A stretch of 64,000 bases of DNA from Pyrinomonadaceae bacterium (GTDB taxonomy: Bacteria > Acidobacteriota > Blastocatellia > Pyrinomonadales > Pyrinomonadaceae). Positions 1 through 8,289 of this stretch are shown piece after piece; the stretch's first letter is position 1; every line of letters begins with the position of its first letter. Below the pieces are notes generated by a model. It was not told where the DNA came from. It saw only the letters and a list, made by a program, of their open reading frames with translations, and made no database searches. The translations under genes were made by a program, and so were the position numbers. The DNA is taken from NCBI GenBank assembly GCA_036392495.1, contig DASVXV010000163.1, positions 2,951-66,950 of the forward strand, written 5' to 3'.

Positions 1-1321
1 CGACGCCGATAATCAAGGCGAAGAACATCAGGTGAAGCATGTTCGGGTTGTAATCGGGCGGAGTGCCGACGAGTGTCGCAATCGGATTCGATGGGACGGC
101 TGATTTGACGACCTGCATGAGCGCTGAGTCGGTCGGGGCGGCGGGGACAGTGGCCGTCATCAGAGTCGGGGATTCGACTTTGGCTGTCGCGCTCAGGCCA
201 TTGAACTTGAGGGTCGTGTCTTCGGTAAAATTCGTCCCGGTAATCGAGACCGTGCTGCCGATCTCAGCGGTGGCGGGAGAAATGCCGGTAATCGTCGGCG
301 CTATATCTTTCGGCGCATCCAGCGTCAGCGTAAAACTACCCGTCGTGCCAGGGTTGAAAGAAGAGACTTCGACGAGGTAAAGCCCGTTCTCGGGCAAACG
401 ATAGAAGCCCTCACCCGCAGGTATTCTTGATCCGTTATCGCCTGCGCCGTCCTCGTCGCGGGCGATTACCGATCCGCTGGGGCCGATTAAGTAGAGAGCT
501 GAATTGAAGTCCGTTGCCGCGAGCGCGATTGCCAACTGCTGGTCCGTGCCCGCCGTGAAAGAGTAGCGCCGCACGTAAAACCCGCTCTCCTTGAAGAGAG
601 AATGGCACTTGTTGGCCGCGAGCGCGCCAGTCACCGTTTGTCCCACCTGGATAGTTTCGGACGCACACTCATCTTTCGCCGCAGACTCGGTTTTCGCCGC
701 GGGCTTTGCGCCCGGCGCAACGGCTGTGAAGTTGGCGGGGCTTGTGGCAGTGCCTTTTTTATTCGTGACGGTGACAGGACCGCTGGCCGTAGCGCCTATT
801 GCGTCGCCGACGCGCTTTTTGGCATCAGAGGCGAAGCGCTGGTCGTCTCTGATCTTGTCGGCAGTATCCTTATCAATCCGCTTGCCGGGCCGAATGGTGT
901 TGGCGAGCGTGAGACCGATGACGACGGAGATGGCCGAGATGATGAGGCAGTAGGCGAAAGACTTGAAGCCGATGCGACCGAGCTTGCGGATGTCGCCGAT
1001 GCCGGCGACGCCGACGACCAGAGAAGAGAAGACCAGCGGCACGACGATCATCAGGAGCAACTGGAGGAAAAGCTTGCCGATTGGCTCCGTGACGTGGTAG
1101 ATGACGCTTTCGACCGTCTTGTTGCTATCGCCGAAGATGGCGTTGACCGTGAGCCCCGCAACGACGCCGACGGCCAGCCCGATCAGGATGCGCGTGTGGA
1201 GCGGCATTCCCTTAGGCTTGTCCGGCGTCTCCTCGTCGAGATCGGTCGTTACCTCTCGCTCGAAAGCGTCCCGTTCTATCTCGGGTTCCTTCCCGCGCTT
1301 CTTATCTTTTTCGTCAGCCAT
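1..1321 (-). CDS. dicarboxylate/amino acid:cation symporter (DAACS/GltP family), C-terminus cut by window edge, with large inserted extracytoplasmic region
   Basis: Not in the ORF track because it runs off the window. I checked the minus frame by hand: ATG at 1321, SD GAGGAAG upstream, open through position 2 (440 codons, no stop). N-terminus MPLHTRILIGLAVGV...EPIGKLFLQLLLMIVVPLVFSSLVVGVAGIG and ...NMLHLMFFALIIGV are typical GltP TM1-3 and TM4. About 270 aa between them look like PPC plus IPT/TIG domains. Confidence 0.8.
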   Translation of the reverse strand, partial: MADEKDKKRGKEPEIERDAFEREVTTDLDEETPDKPKGMPLHTRILIGLAVGVVAGLTVNAIFGDSNKTVESVIYHVTEPIGKLFLQLLLMIVVPLVFSSLVVGVAGIGDIRKLGRIGFKSFAYCLIISAISVVIGLTLANTIRPGKRIDKDTADKIRDDQRFASDAKKRVGDAIGATASGPVTVTNKKGTATSPANFTAVAPGAKPAAKTESAAKDECASETIQVGQTVTGALAANKCHSLFKESGFYVRRYSFTAGTDQQLAIALAATDFNSALYLIGPSGSVIARDEDGAGDNGSRIPAGEGFYRLPENGLYLVEVSSFNPGTTGSFTLTLDAPKDIAPTITGISPATAEIGSTVSITGTNFTEDTTLKFNGLSATAKVESPTLMTATVPAAPTDSALMQVVKSAVPSNPIATLVGTPPDYNPNMLHLMFFALIIGV

Positions 1322-1329
1322 CTCTTCCT

Positions 1330-1405
1330 CGTAAATCGTGAATCGTAAATCGTGAATCGTCGAACGGTTTTCCTCTATTTACGATTCACGATTTACGATT
1401 TACGA
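1330..1405. repeat. heptad-stem hairpin, family A (CGTAAAT/CGTGAAT units)
   Basis: Left arm cgtaaatcgtgaatcgtaaatcgtgaatcgt, loop cgaacggttttcctct, right arm atttacgattcacgatttacgatttacga. Several pairing registers are possible because of the 7-nt periodicity. Confidence 0.9.
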
Positions 1406-1407
1406 CT

Positions 1408-2292
1408 TCATTTCCCCCATCGCAGTTTTTCGCGCAGGACCTCGAAGTAGTTTCTGTTCTTGGGCTGCACGATCTTAAACGTCGTCAGACTTTTTCTGAT
1501 GTGGACATGATCTTCGATGCGGATCGGCACGCCGACCTGTCCGTCTAAGGTCAGGACCACTTCCTCTCTTGGCGTCCTGAGACGCAGTTCGATCAAGGCA
1601 TCGTCGGGAACCACGAGCGGGCGGTCCGAGAGCGTGAAGGGGCAGATCGGCGTGATCACCAGCGCGTTCATCGAAGGATAGATGACGGGACCGCCCGCCG
1701 AAAGATTGTAGGCGGTCGAGCCCGTCGGCGTGGAGATGATCAGGCCGTCGGCGCGAAAGCCGCTGATGAGCTGCCCGTTCATACTCGCTTCGATCTCGAT
1801 GATGCGGGCCAGGGCAGACTTGTTGATGACGACGTCGTTGAGCACACGACTGTGCATCAGGATCTCTTCTCCGCGGTAGAGGTCAACTGTGAGGCGGACG
1901 CGCGTGTCTATCCGATAGTCCCCATTGAGAATTGATTCGAGCGCCGCCTCCATCTCTTCGACGCGGAACTCCGCCAGATAGCCGAGCGTTCCGTAGTTGA
2001 TGCCGACCACGGGCACGTCGTAATCGCCCATCATGCGCGAAGTGCCGATCATCGTCCCGTCGCCGCCGAGCACGACGATTAAGTCAACCTTGGCGGCCAG
2101 TTTTTCGGGCTCCACGATCTCAAGCGCGCAGCCGGTTTCGCCCTCGATGCGCTCGCGGTCGAGATCAGGGGTGCCGACCAGTGTGATTCCGTGCGCGTTG
2201 AGCCACTCGACTAAGTGGCAGGTAGTCTTCAGCGCCTCCGGGTGATTCGGTTTGACGACCACACCGACGCGACCGATAGCTGAGTGTTCCAT
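1408..2292 (-). CDS. nadK: NAD(+) kinase
   Basis: GGDGTMIG and STPTGSTAYNLSAGGPV motifs over the full length. ATG at 2292 preferred over the TTG at 2295. Confidence 0.93.
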   Translation of the reverse strand: MEHSAIGRVGVVVKPNHPEALKTTCHLVEWLNAHGITLVGTPDLDRERIEGETGCALEIVEPEKLAAKVDLIVVLGGDGTMIGTSRMMGDYDVPVVGINYGTLGYLAEFRVEEMEAALESILNGDYRIDTRVRLTVDLYRGEEILMHSRVLNDVVINKSALARIIEIEASMNGQLISGFRADGLIISTPTGSTAYNLSAGGPVIYPSMNALVITPICPFTLSDRPLVVPDDALIELRLRTPREEVVLTLDGQVGVPIRIEDHVHIRKSLTTFKIVQPKNRNYFEVLREKLRWGK

Positions 2293-2426
2293 CAATCAAC
2301 CTGTGCTCGTGGAAAACGATTGGGCGCGCTTCACTTCGGATTAAAAGCCGCGTCCGGTTCGCTGCTCGCCAAAGTTAGGGCCAACATCTTTAATTACTTG
2401 TGATTACTTTAAAAGAGACGGCTCGG

Positions 2427-2456
2427 ATGATACTCGCCCGCGCTTTTCAGTGTCAA
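2427..2456 (-). promoter_or_regulatory. sigma70-like promoter upstream of nadK
   Basis: Minus strand reads TTGACA (2456-2451), 18-nt spacer, TATCAT (2432-2427), about 130 nt upstream of the nadK ATG. Confidence 0.4.
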
Positions 2457-2522
2457 CGGAGAGAAATTCTGAAAGTTTGAGAGGCGACGCAGGCTGTGAG
2501 TGCCCGCGCCAGTTTTCGGTCC

Positions 2523-2563
2523 AAAAAGATTGCGCCGCTTCCAACGAGTGAAAGCGGCGCAAC
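2523..2563 (-). terminator. intrinsic terminator (minus strand)
   Basis: Minus strand reads UUGCGCCGCUU-loop-AAGCGGCGCAA (11-bp GC-rich stem) followed by UCUUUUU. Confidence 0.7.
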
Positions 2564-3045
2564 CTTTAATCCCTAAAACTGCCGAAGCAATTCAGGGGAT
2601 AATTTGGCAACAACGCATGTACACGCAAGTTGTTGCCGATTTATATTCCGGACAAGAGGCTGGCGGTCAGCCGGACTTCCGGTCGGCACGCGATCCGTTT
2701 TCACGAACCTCGCTCGGCCCTTGCGGGCCAGCGGTGCCATTTGGTTTTTGTTGTGGTGGCTTTTCCTCCACCGCCGGTTACGTCCCCGGCAACGAGGCTC
2801 AAGTCCGAAGACTCAAGCGACTTGCTACTTCAAGGCTGATCATTTCCTCGAAAGCGCGACTGCGTTTTTATCCGCTGCCGCTCAAGATGAGAGCCTTGCG
2901 ACCCTCACTTGAAGCCAAGCCTTTCGGCTTCAGCGCGAGGTGTAAAAGCTGCAACAGCCGCCTGTTGCCACTCTCAAACGGCGCGTCACCGCACCGCTTG
3001 CCTCTCCTCTCGCTGGTCACGATGCCCGTGAGCACCGCGACGAGG
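2523..3045 (-). ncRNA. candidate ~520-nt structured non-coding RNA, family unknown
   Basis: Lies between its own promoter (3080-3052) and terminator (2563-2523) in a ~950-bp gap without a credible ORF. Multiple helices are capped by UUCG or GNRA tetraloops only when read on the minus strand. One 9-bp stem (2797-2818) has two G.U pairs on minus that would be A.C mismatches on plus. Confidence 0.45.
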
Positions 3046-3051
3046 GTGTGG

Positions 3052-3080
3052 GTTATACGCTGGCGCGCCGAACAAGTCAA
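3052..3080 (-). promoter_or_regulatory. near-consensus sigma70 promoter (minus strand)
   Basis: Minus strand reads TTGACT (3080-3075), exactly 17 nt, TATAAC (3057-3052). Confidence 0.55.
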
Positions 3081-3249
3081 GCAGAAAATACTTTAAGAGT
3101 TGAAGCGAGTGGTTGTGGAAAAATCTGTGGAAAACTTGGACCGTTTGAAACCCTCAGTAAAACCGCAGCGGACGTGAGAACAGGAAGAGATTTGTCCTGG
3201 AAAAGGCGGCCGAAAATCAGAAAAAATTTTCGCCTCTCTGCCGATATTT

Positions 3250-3723
3250 CTAAACCAGCGACAGCTCGAAGCCGTATTCGACCGTATTGTTGGAATCCTT
3301 CAGCTCGCGTATTCCTGTTTCCCTGAAGCCCATGTTGCGATACAGGCGGTGCGCGTCCGTAAAGCGCGTATCGCTCCAGAGGATCATCCTGGATTTACCC
3401 TGCGCGCGCGCCCGCTCCATCGCCAGGTCCGTCAGCCTGCGTCCCCAACCCTGACGCCGCAGACGCGGATGGACGTAAAGCGACTTCAATTCGCCCGTAT
3501 CCCCATGCAAAATCACTGCAACTGTCGCCAGAATGTCGCCCCCGTCTTCGACGACCCAGAACTCGCCCCCGCCCGGACGAAAATAAGCTCCGGGTTCGAG
3601 CAGATGACGCTCTTCATTCTCGGCGTCGAGCACACAATCATATTCGGCATAAATGCCGGAGATTAACTTCAGGATGCCGGGCACATCCTCTGCGATGGTC
3701 GGACGAAGCTGCATCGGATTCAT
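3250..3723 (-). CDS. GNAT family N-acetyltransferase
   Basis: 157 aa. Acetyl-CoA binding motif RRQGWGRRL, typical GNAT length. Confidence 0.85.
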   Translation of the reverse strand: MNPMQLRPTIAEDVPGILKLISGIYAEYDCVLDAENEERHLLEPGAYFRPGGGEFWVVEDGGDILATVAVILHGDTGELKSLYVHPRLRRQGWGRRLTDLAMERARAQGKSRMILWSDTRFTDAHRLYRNMGFRETGIRELKDSNNTVEYGFELSLV

Positions 3724-3747
3724 CTGTCCAGCGGTCTTATCGAATCG

Positions 3748-4431
3748 TTATCTAACGTAGATGACGGGCAGGCTCGCGCGCGCCTTGCGGGGCGTGCCGC
3801 CCTTTCCGGCTTGATTCGGCGAATTATTCCCTCTTCCTTTGCGCCGCTTGCTCCACTGACGCGCCAGGCGCTCCAACTCCGATTTACTGGATTCCGGATC
3901 AACGAGCGTGAGCCAGAGCGGGATGGGAAGCCACGCCCACGCTGCGCCGTAAACCTCCTCATTCAACTGCTCTGTGCGGTGCTCGGCGCGCGCCTGCAAG
4001 CTCGCGGGCGGCAAGTCCTCCCAACGCTCATAACAGGCATGCTGAATGCACGGGGCGGGCTTGGCGCGGGCATGCACCAGACAGCCGATTGAGGGTTCGT
4101 AGAGCGGGCAGGAATATGTCTGCCCAAAGGTATCTCCAGAGGCGCTCAGCTGGAAACGCGACACGGCTTCCCGCGCCCGTTGATAAACGGCACGCTTCGC
4201 AGCCTGGCTCAAACGGGGCGTGCGCGCTAAGGTTTCGCGGATGGCGACGGCCTCAAGCCTCGTGACGTTCACGTTGACGAAATGCGCGTCCGTACAGCAG
4301 ACGCCGCGCGTCGGACAGGTCTTGCAATCGGAGGCCGCGTGCTCGTAGTTGACTTTAATGAAGCGCTGGTAAGAGGTCTTCAAACGCTGCAACCGCGCCA
4401 GCGCTTTCGGTTCGGACAGTTTTCGGCTCAT
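3748..4431 (-). CDS. YkgJ-family cysteine-cluster (CxxCxxxGxCC) protein
   Basis: CKTCPTRGVCC motif plus downstream Cys residues. The start overlaps the tlyA stop as ATGA. Confidence 0.7.
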   Translation of the reverse strand: MSRKLSEPKALARLQRLKTSYQRFIKVNYEHAASDCKTCPTRGVCCTDAHFVNVNVTRLEAVAIRETLARTPRLSQAAKRAVYQRAREAVSRFQLSASGDTFGQTYSCPLYEPSIGCLVHARAKPAPCIQHACYERWEDLPPASLQARAEHRTEQLNEEVYGAAWAWLPIPLWLTLVDPESSKSELERLARQWSKRRKGRGNNSPNQAGKGGTPRKARASLPVIYVR

Positions 4432-5177
4432 TTCTCGGCGCGCTCGTAGAGCGCAAGGAATTCCACGTTACCGTCTCCCCCGCGAATCGGAGATTCAATC
4501 GTCCCGCACGCGCGAAGGCCCATTTTTTCCGCCGCCCGATTCACCTCCTCGATGACGCGCGCGTGCTTCGCAGGGTCCTGGACGATGCCGCCACGCCCGA
4601 CCTCACCGCGCCCTACTTCAAACTGAGGCTTGATGAGCGTAACGAGCCGCGCCCCTTCAGTCAACAGCGGAACAATAGCGGGCATGACTTTCGTCGCCGA
4701 GATGAAAGAGACATCCATCACAGCCAGGTCAAATCTCTCTTCGAAATCGTCCGGGGTTAAATACCGTGCGTTGACGCCCTCCCTCACTTCGACGCGCGGG
4801 TCATTTCGCAGACGCCAATCTATCTGATTGTGCCCGACGTCCACAGCGACGACGCGTCGCGCGCCGTGCTGCAACAGGCAATCCGTAAAGCCTCCCGTCG
4901 AAGCGCCGACGTCCAGGCAGAGCAGGCCCGTCACGTCCAGACCGAATTCTCGCAGAGCCGCCTCCAATTTCAGGCCGCCGCGCCCGACGTAGCGTGACGC
5001 CGGATCATCCGCGCCTTTCAAGCGAATCACGGCATCTGGGCCGAACATCTCCGAAGGTTTTAGCACGCGCTGCTCATCGGCCAGCACCACGCCCGCCATC
5101 ACGAGCGCCTGCGCCTTTGTCCGCGACGAGGCCAGCCCACGCTCCACCAGAAGCTTGTCAATGCGCTCACGCTTCAT
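4428..5177 (-). CDS. tlyA: TlyA family 16S/23S rRNA (cytidine-2'-O)-methyltransferase
   Basis: N-terminal S4 domain (RIDKLLVERGLASSRTKAQALV) plus FtsJ-type methyltransferase (LDVGASTGGFTD). Confidence 0.9.
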   Translation of the reverse strand: MKRERIDKLLVERGLASSRTKAQALVMAGVVLADEQRVLKPSEMFGPDAVIRLKGADDPASRYVGRGGLKLEAALREFGLDVTGLLCLDVGASTGGFTDCLLQHGARRVVAVDVGHNQIDWRLRNDPRVEVREGVNARYLTPDDFEERFDLAVMDVSFISATKVMPAIVPLLTEGARLVTLIKPQFEVGRGEVGRGGIVQDPAKHARVIEEVNRAAEKMGLRACGTIESPIRGGDGNVEFLALYERAEK

Positions 5178-5270
5178 AAAAAGAGCGTAAATCGTAAATC
5201 GTGAATCGTAAATAGAGAAAAGCCGCTCTCGTCTATTTACGATTCACGATTTACGATTTACGCTCTTTTT
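5178..5270. repeat. heptad-stem hairpin, family A, 38-bp perfect stem
   Basis: aaaaagagcgtaaatcgtaaatcgtgaatcgtaaatag / 17-nt loop / exact reverse complement. A5 and T5 flanks. Directly abuts the tlyA ATG (5177). Confidence 0.95.
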
Positions 5271-5272
5271 AC

Positions 5273-5986
5273 TTACGGCTGCCTGCCTTCAAAGATGTCC
5301 CGGATACGGTCAATCTCCCTCTGGGCGCGCTCGATCCCGCGTGGGACGTCTATGGCCTCATCATCATCCCTCTGGCGACGGCGGCGCTCTCTTCTCTCTT
5401 CTCGCCTGCGCTCTCTTTCAGCCTGCCTCTCTTCAAGGACTTCGTCCGCGTCATCGTCCTTCTCCGCTTTCTCCTGCTTTTTATCGCGGACCACCGGAGG
5501 AGGAGGCGGCGGCGTGACTTCATCCCTCTTCTTTTCGTTGCGCGCGGTGCGCTCAAGCTCCTCGTCCTTCTCCACGGCGGCAGTCTCCGCAGGTTTCTCC
5601 GGGACGGAAGCGCTGGGTTGCGGCACAGGCGTCGGCTCGACTGTTGGTCCGGAGCCCACACTTTCAACCGGAGCCGCCGGCGCGCTCGCGGCCGGAACGG
5701 TCGTCGCCGCCGCGCTGCGGTTCCTGTAAATGCCTATTACGAGCCCAGCCGCGGCGCCAACGCCGACGGCGGTCAGAACAATCAGGGCGAGCAGGGCGTG
5801 CCGTTTCCAGAAGGGTCTTGTAGCGTGCCCGGCATAATCGCCGTGGCGTATTTGGGAGGTCTGTTGTTCCGCGAGCGGAATGACAGGTCGGGCCGTCATC
5901 GTCGCCTCAGCATCGAAGTGCGGCGACCGCAGAGGCTCGTTCGGATCAACTCCGGTGGGGATGATAATTCTTCGTCTTTCGTTCAT
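5273..5986 (-). CDS. hypothetical single-pass membrane protein with Pro/Ala-rich and highly charged C-terminal region
   Basis: One hydrophobic segment (ALLALIVLTAVGVGAAAGLVIGI), then a PAxP-rich stretch and an E/R/K/D-rich tail. No family recognised. Confidence 0.6.
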   Translation of the reverse strand: MNERRRIIIPTGVDPNEPLRSPHFDAEATMTARPVIPLAEQQTSQIRHGDYAGHATRPFWKRHALLALIVLTAVGVGAAAGLVIGIYRNRSAAATTVPAASAPAAPVESVGSGPTVEPTPVPQPSASVPEKPAETAAVEKDEELERTARNEKKRDEVTPPPPPPVVRDKKQEKAEKDDDADEVLEERQAERERRREERRERRRRQRDDDEAIDVPRGIERAQREIDRIRDIFEGRQP

Positions 5987-6541
5987 CTCTTTTCCGCTGT
6001 CCGATTATTGCAAACAAATTATGGCCCGGGTTCCGCCGTCCTGATTGCAAGATCAAGGCCACACGCGCGCTTGAATTTTCCGCGGGAGAGTTAACTATTG
6101 AGAAGTCAACGCGCCTGCCCGACAGATTTTTGATGCGGACAGAACCCGAGACGTCCGCCCGTCGTCCCCAAATTGAACGATACGGTGCATAAAAGCGATG
6201 CGCCCGCCCATATCAAACGCTAGGACGGGCACACTCCTAAGCTTCGGCGGAAACCTAATTAACGGAAACCTCCGCCATCTTTGCGCCAATGCCTGGTAAT
6301 CGGATGTATTTTCCGGCCCCATCGCGGACTGTTACTTTGTATGCTCCGTGTGTATTTCCGGGTAGGCCAAAATCTTTTGGGTAACATGCGCTAAATTGCA
6401 CGCGCTCGCTGCCTTAGGTTTACTACTGAGGGGCTCGGTGCTCGACGCAGAGATTTTATGGTAAGCTCTGCGCCCAGGGCTAAAGCTTGCCGGTGAAAGG
6501 AAGCTCAACACGCCTGCCCCGCCTCGTTTCGGCTTTAGAGT

Positions 6542-7282
6542 ATGAATAGTCCTTCCATACAGCCCCCCGGAGCGACCCATTCCAGGGCCTCCACGCCTGT
6601 GAATCGCATCCTGGAGGCCCTGCCCCGGGAGGAGTACGCGCGCCTGCTACCACTGCTATCGCCTGTGCGACTTCAGAAGGGCAGGGTGCTGTGGGAGGCG
6701 GGAGGCGAAATCCGCCACGCCTACTTTCTGACCGGCGGCATGGTCGCAATGCTCTCCGTCACATATGATCAGGAGACCGTAGAGGTCGGTATGATCGGCA
6801 GCGAAGGGATTGCCGGGGTCGCCGCCCTTCTCAGGTGCGAGTCGGCGCCCTATCGGGTGGTGGTTCAGCTTTCGGCCGGCGCCCTTAGGATAAGCGTCCG
6901 GGCGCTGCGGGCGGAGTTCTCCAGGGGCGGGCGGTTACAGGACTTGACGCTACGCTACACGCACGCCCTGCTCACGCAGGTCGCGCAGTCGGCCTCCTGC
7001 CACCGCTTTCACACGGCTGAGCAGAGACTCTGCCGCTGGCTCCTCACGAGCGCAGACCGCGCCGGGAGCTATACCCTCCCGCTCACGCAGGAGTTCCTGG
7101 CCCAGATGATCGGCGTCCCGCGCACGAGCGTCACGTCGGCTGCCGTCAAGCTCCAAGACCGAAGGCTCATCGGCTACCGGCGCGGCAGAATAACCCTGCT
7201 CGACCGGCGCGGGCTGGAGTCTACCTCGTGCGAGTGCTATCGTGCTGTCACCGCCATTCTCGACTGCCACTTGGCCGCTTAA
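6542..7282 (+). CDS. Crp/Fnr family transcriptional regulator
   Basis: Cyclic-nucleotide-binding-like N-terminal domain plus C-terminal HTH (EFLAQMIGVPRTSVTSAAVKLQDRRLI). Confidence 0.85.
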   Translation: MNSPSIQPPGATHSRASTPVNRILEALPREEYARLLPLLSPVRLQKGRVLWEAGGEIRHAYFLTGGMVAMLSVTYDQETVEVGMIGSEGIAGVAALLRCESAPYRVVVQLSAGALRISVRALRAEFSRGGRLQDLTLRYTHALLTQVAQSASCHRFHTAEQRLCRWLLTSADRAGSYTLPLTQEFLAQMIGVPRTSVTSAAVKLQDRRLIGYRRGRITLLDRRGLESTSCECYRAVTAILDCHLAA

Positions 7283-7578
7283 CTCCCCTCCCGAAAAAAT
7301 CTTCAGTAATGTCGAATCTTGACAGACGGTGAGGTGAGCATCGTGTATTCTGATTAGATTTATTCTCCCCGCGCGGCACGGCTGTGCGGTTGGCAAGGCG
7401 GTAGGCGGCAAGTGCCTTACTCACGCCCCCGCCGCCGCAACCCCGGACCGCATGTAACGGGCTGGTAGTTTGATCCTGCGAAACCTCGCACGGCCCATCT
7501 ACCATTGCCTTCAAGTAAAACCCTCGCGCACGTGCCCTACAGGGCGCTGTGCTTTACCTACAAGGAGATTTATTCGCA

Positions 7579-8112
7579 ATGAAACGTTTTCTAGCAGCAG
7601 TTCTCTTCGCTGCCGCCGTCTCGCTCTTGTTCAGCATCCCGGCCGCGGCACAGGGCACGCGCACCTTCTCGCTCACTCGGGGTGACACGATGGCCCCGGC
7701 TTCCCCTGGCCTCGTCGACGCCAGCGGCGCGACTACGTACCACGGCGGCCTCGTCGCCGGCCAGGTGGACGGCGTCGCCGGCAACACGTTCACCCTCTCG
7801 CTCACCTTTCGGAGCACGGGCGTAATCGACCCGGTGGCAGGCATCTACGGCGGGGAGATCGTTTCCCCGTTTAGCAGTTTCGTAGTGTCCCAGGTGTCAG
7901 GGCGCAAGAGCGTCTCGACCTCGGGGATGATTGACGCTGGCACAGTCACCTATCGCCTCACGTCGTATGGTATGGCCGATATCATCAGCGTCACCTCAGG
8001 AAACCTGACCGTCTGGGAAGGCAAGAATAAGAGTCGCAGAGCGGTCGGCTACGGCACGCTCAACTACGGCACGGCCGCAGAGGGCTCGGGCACGATGGTG
8101 CTCTACTTCTGA
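7579..8112 (+). CDS. secreted hypothetical protein
   Basis: ATG at 7579 after AGGAGA. Signal peptide MKRFLAAVLFAAAVSLLFSIPAAAQ. No family recognised. Confidence 0.65.
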   Translation: MKRFLAAVLFAAAVSLLFSIPAAAQGTRTFSLTRGDTMAPASPGLVDASGATTYHGGLVAGQVDGVAGNTFTLSLTFRSTGVIDPVAGIYGGEIVSPFSSFVVSQVSGRKSVSTSGMIDAGTVTYRLTSYGMADIISVTSGNLTVWEGKNKSRRAVGYGTLNYGTAAEGSGTMVLYF

Positions 8113-8143
8113 CGCGGGCCGCACGCCGATTAAGAGGGTAACT

Positions 8144-8182
8144 GAGGGCGGGGGCTTTGTGAGCCACCCGCCCTCTTACTTT
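8144..8182 (+). terminator. intrinsic terminator-like hairpin
   Basis: gagggcggg-loop-cccgccctc followed by ttactttc, downstream of the 8112 stop. Confidence 0.5.
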
Positions 8183-8289
8183 CGGCAGCTGCGAGAATAG
8201 GTCGGCCTAAATGAGGCGGAGCCGAATCCAGAAATCGTCCGACTTCTGATTTACGTAGTTACTATAAAAGATGCGATTGCCCTGGTCGC

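Noticed and set aside
2523-3045. Possibility that the structured RNA is RNase P RNA, tmRNA or SRP RNA
   Set aside because: By eye I found no P4 halves (GAGGAAAGUCCGG / ACAGAACCCGGCUUA), no tRNA-like GGUUCGAnUCC...CCACCA 3' end or Ala-Ala-stop tag frame, and no SRP domain IV GGAA/AGCA motif. This is not a substitute for a covariance-model search.
2500-3096. 198-aa plus-strand ORF and overlapping ORFs in the 2296-3249 gap
   Set aside because: Composition is not protein-like (Arg/Cys/Pro/Ser-rich). There is no RBS. The region is better explained by minus-strand RNA structure with its own promoter and terminator.
6095-6749. Minus-strand ORFs 6095..6322, 6332..6580 and 6480..6749
   Set aside because: No RBS and odd composition. 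They overlap the Crp/Fnr gene start or each other, so I treat the region as non-coding.
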